Positions 20,963 to 21,823 of a stretch of DNA of 21,823 nt are shown here, one piece after another. Under the pieces are notes generated by a model. The model saw nothing but the letters and a program-made list of their open reading frames with translations. It was not told the origin of the DNA and did not search any database. The translations under genes were made by a program, and so were the position numbers. The stretch is taken from contig NOWV01000258.1 in assembly GCA_003344405.1 (NCBI GenBank), forward strand, positions 62,001 through 83,823, read 5' to 3'. Source of the DNA: Trichoplax sp. H2 (Eukaryota). Position 1 is the first letter of the stretch, and each line of letters starts with the position of its first letter.

Positions 20963-21433
20963 ATTGGATTGCTACTCTGCCAATATCATGCGATCCTATG
21001 CTTTACTCATTTGATCATTCATTCGATTGCTACTCTGCCAGTATTATGTGATCCTATGCCTTACCAATTCGACCTGAATACCAATTGGATGATCCATTCC
21101 ATTGCTACTTCTGTAGTATCATGCGATGTTATGCCTTACAAGTCTCTGGCAGTGGTCCTATGCTTTATGAATTAGATCATTCAATGGATTGCTACTCTGC
21201 CAATATCATGTGATCCTATGCTTTACTTATTTGATCATCCATTGGATTGCTACTCTGCCAGTATCATGTGATGCTATGCCTTACCCATTTGATCATCCAT
21301 TCGATTAACCTGAATACAAGTCTCTGGCAGTCATTCTATGCTTTATGAATTCGATCATTCATTGGATTGCTACTCTGCCAGTATCAAGTGATGCTATGCC
21401 TTACCCATTTGATCATCCATTCGATTAACCTGA
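20963..21433. repeat. 58-bp minisatellite (~8 units, with variant units)
   Basis: Unit attggattgctactctgcca(a/g)tatcatgtgat(c/g)ctatgc(c/t)ttac...tttgatcat(t/c)c starting at 20963, 21021, 21096, 21183, 21241, 21299 (variant), 21361 and 21419 (partial). Confidence 0.92.
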
Positions 21434-21823
21434 TGTCACACACCACTAGTGACAAAGTAGTCTACACACGCCAATCCTTGCGGAGAACGCCACTTACTAA
21501 CTTAAAGAGGCGAGATTAGCTATATCACCAACTAATTCAGTTCCAACAACCGAATACTATGGTATAATTATAGCGTCACAGATGATGTAGACGAGATAGT
21601 CAGAGATTTACTATCATTTATTACTGAAGGAATCTTGGCACCCAAGATTATAGTCTTCACAATTAAATATCAATTGAAAACTAGTTGACTATCTAACCGA
21701 CTAACGAACTAAAAAGGAATCTTCAGGCATCAGCCTTTTATAGTCTCGTCAGAAACTCCTGGTGCATATAATATAAAAGTATCCTTTTAAAGTTATGCTT
21801 TACTAATTTGATCATACATTGGA

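Noticed and set aside
20832..21175. ORFs 20832..21014 and 20969..21175
   Set aside because: They are by-products of tandem repeats, have non-ATG starts and show no protein-like features.
20590..21433. CRISPR-like appearance of the two repeat arrays
   Set aside because: The sequence between the conserved cores is itself repeated (no unique spacers), there are no cas genes, and the context is eukaryotic with introns.
21627..21750. Short direct repeat aaggaatctt...ttatagtct (21627 and 21714) and the 8-bp hairpin aatcttgg/ccaagatt
   Set aside because: Too short and degenerate to support a feature.

Overview
AT-rich eukaryotic (animal-like) genomic DNA with two 20-N assembly gaps. Short GT-AG introns, mostly 87-128 nt, point to a compact genome. 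A placozoan such as Trichoplax is my guess from intron size and composition, not something the sequence proves. Positions 1-7259 hold one minus-strand gene with at least 18 coding exons, encoding at least 1300 aa of a long coiled-coil protein that runs off the left edge. Its largest exon (1-1866, 622 open codons) is absent from the ORF track. All 17 introns in my model are phase 0. The N-terminus has a CC1-box-like motif (EKQSAKLGQEYL), suggesting a possible dynein-dynactin cargo adaptor (inference). One exon is duplicated across an N-gap, most likely as two uncollapsed haplotypes. The remaining ~14 kb has no convincing coding exon. It contains several degenerate tandem repeats, a decayed tRNA-Leu-like relic fused to a satellite, a tiny TA-flanked inverted-repeat element, and a MITE-like element whose right arm has been tandemly amplified. 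No CRISPR array or prokaryotic system is present.
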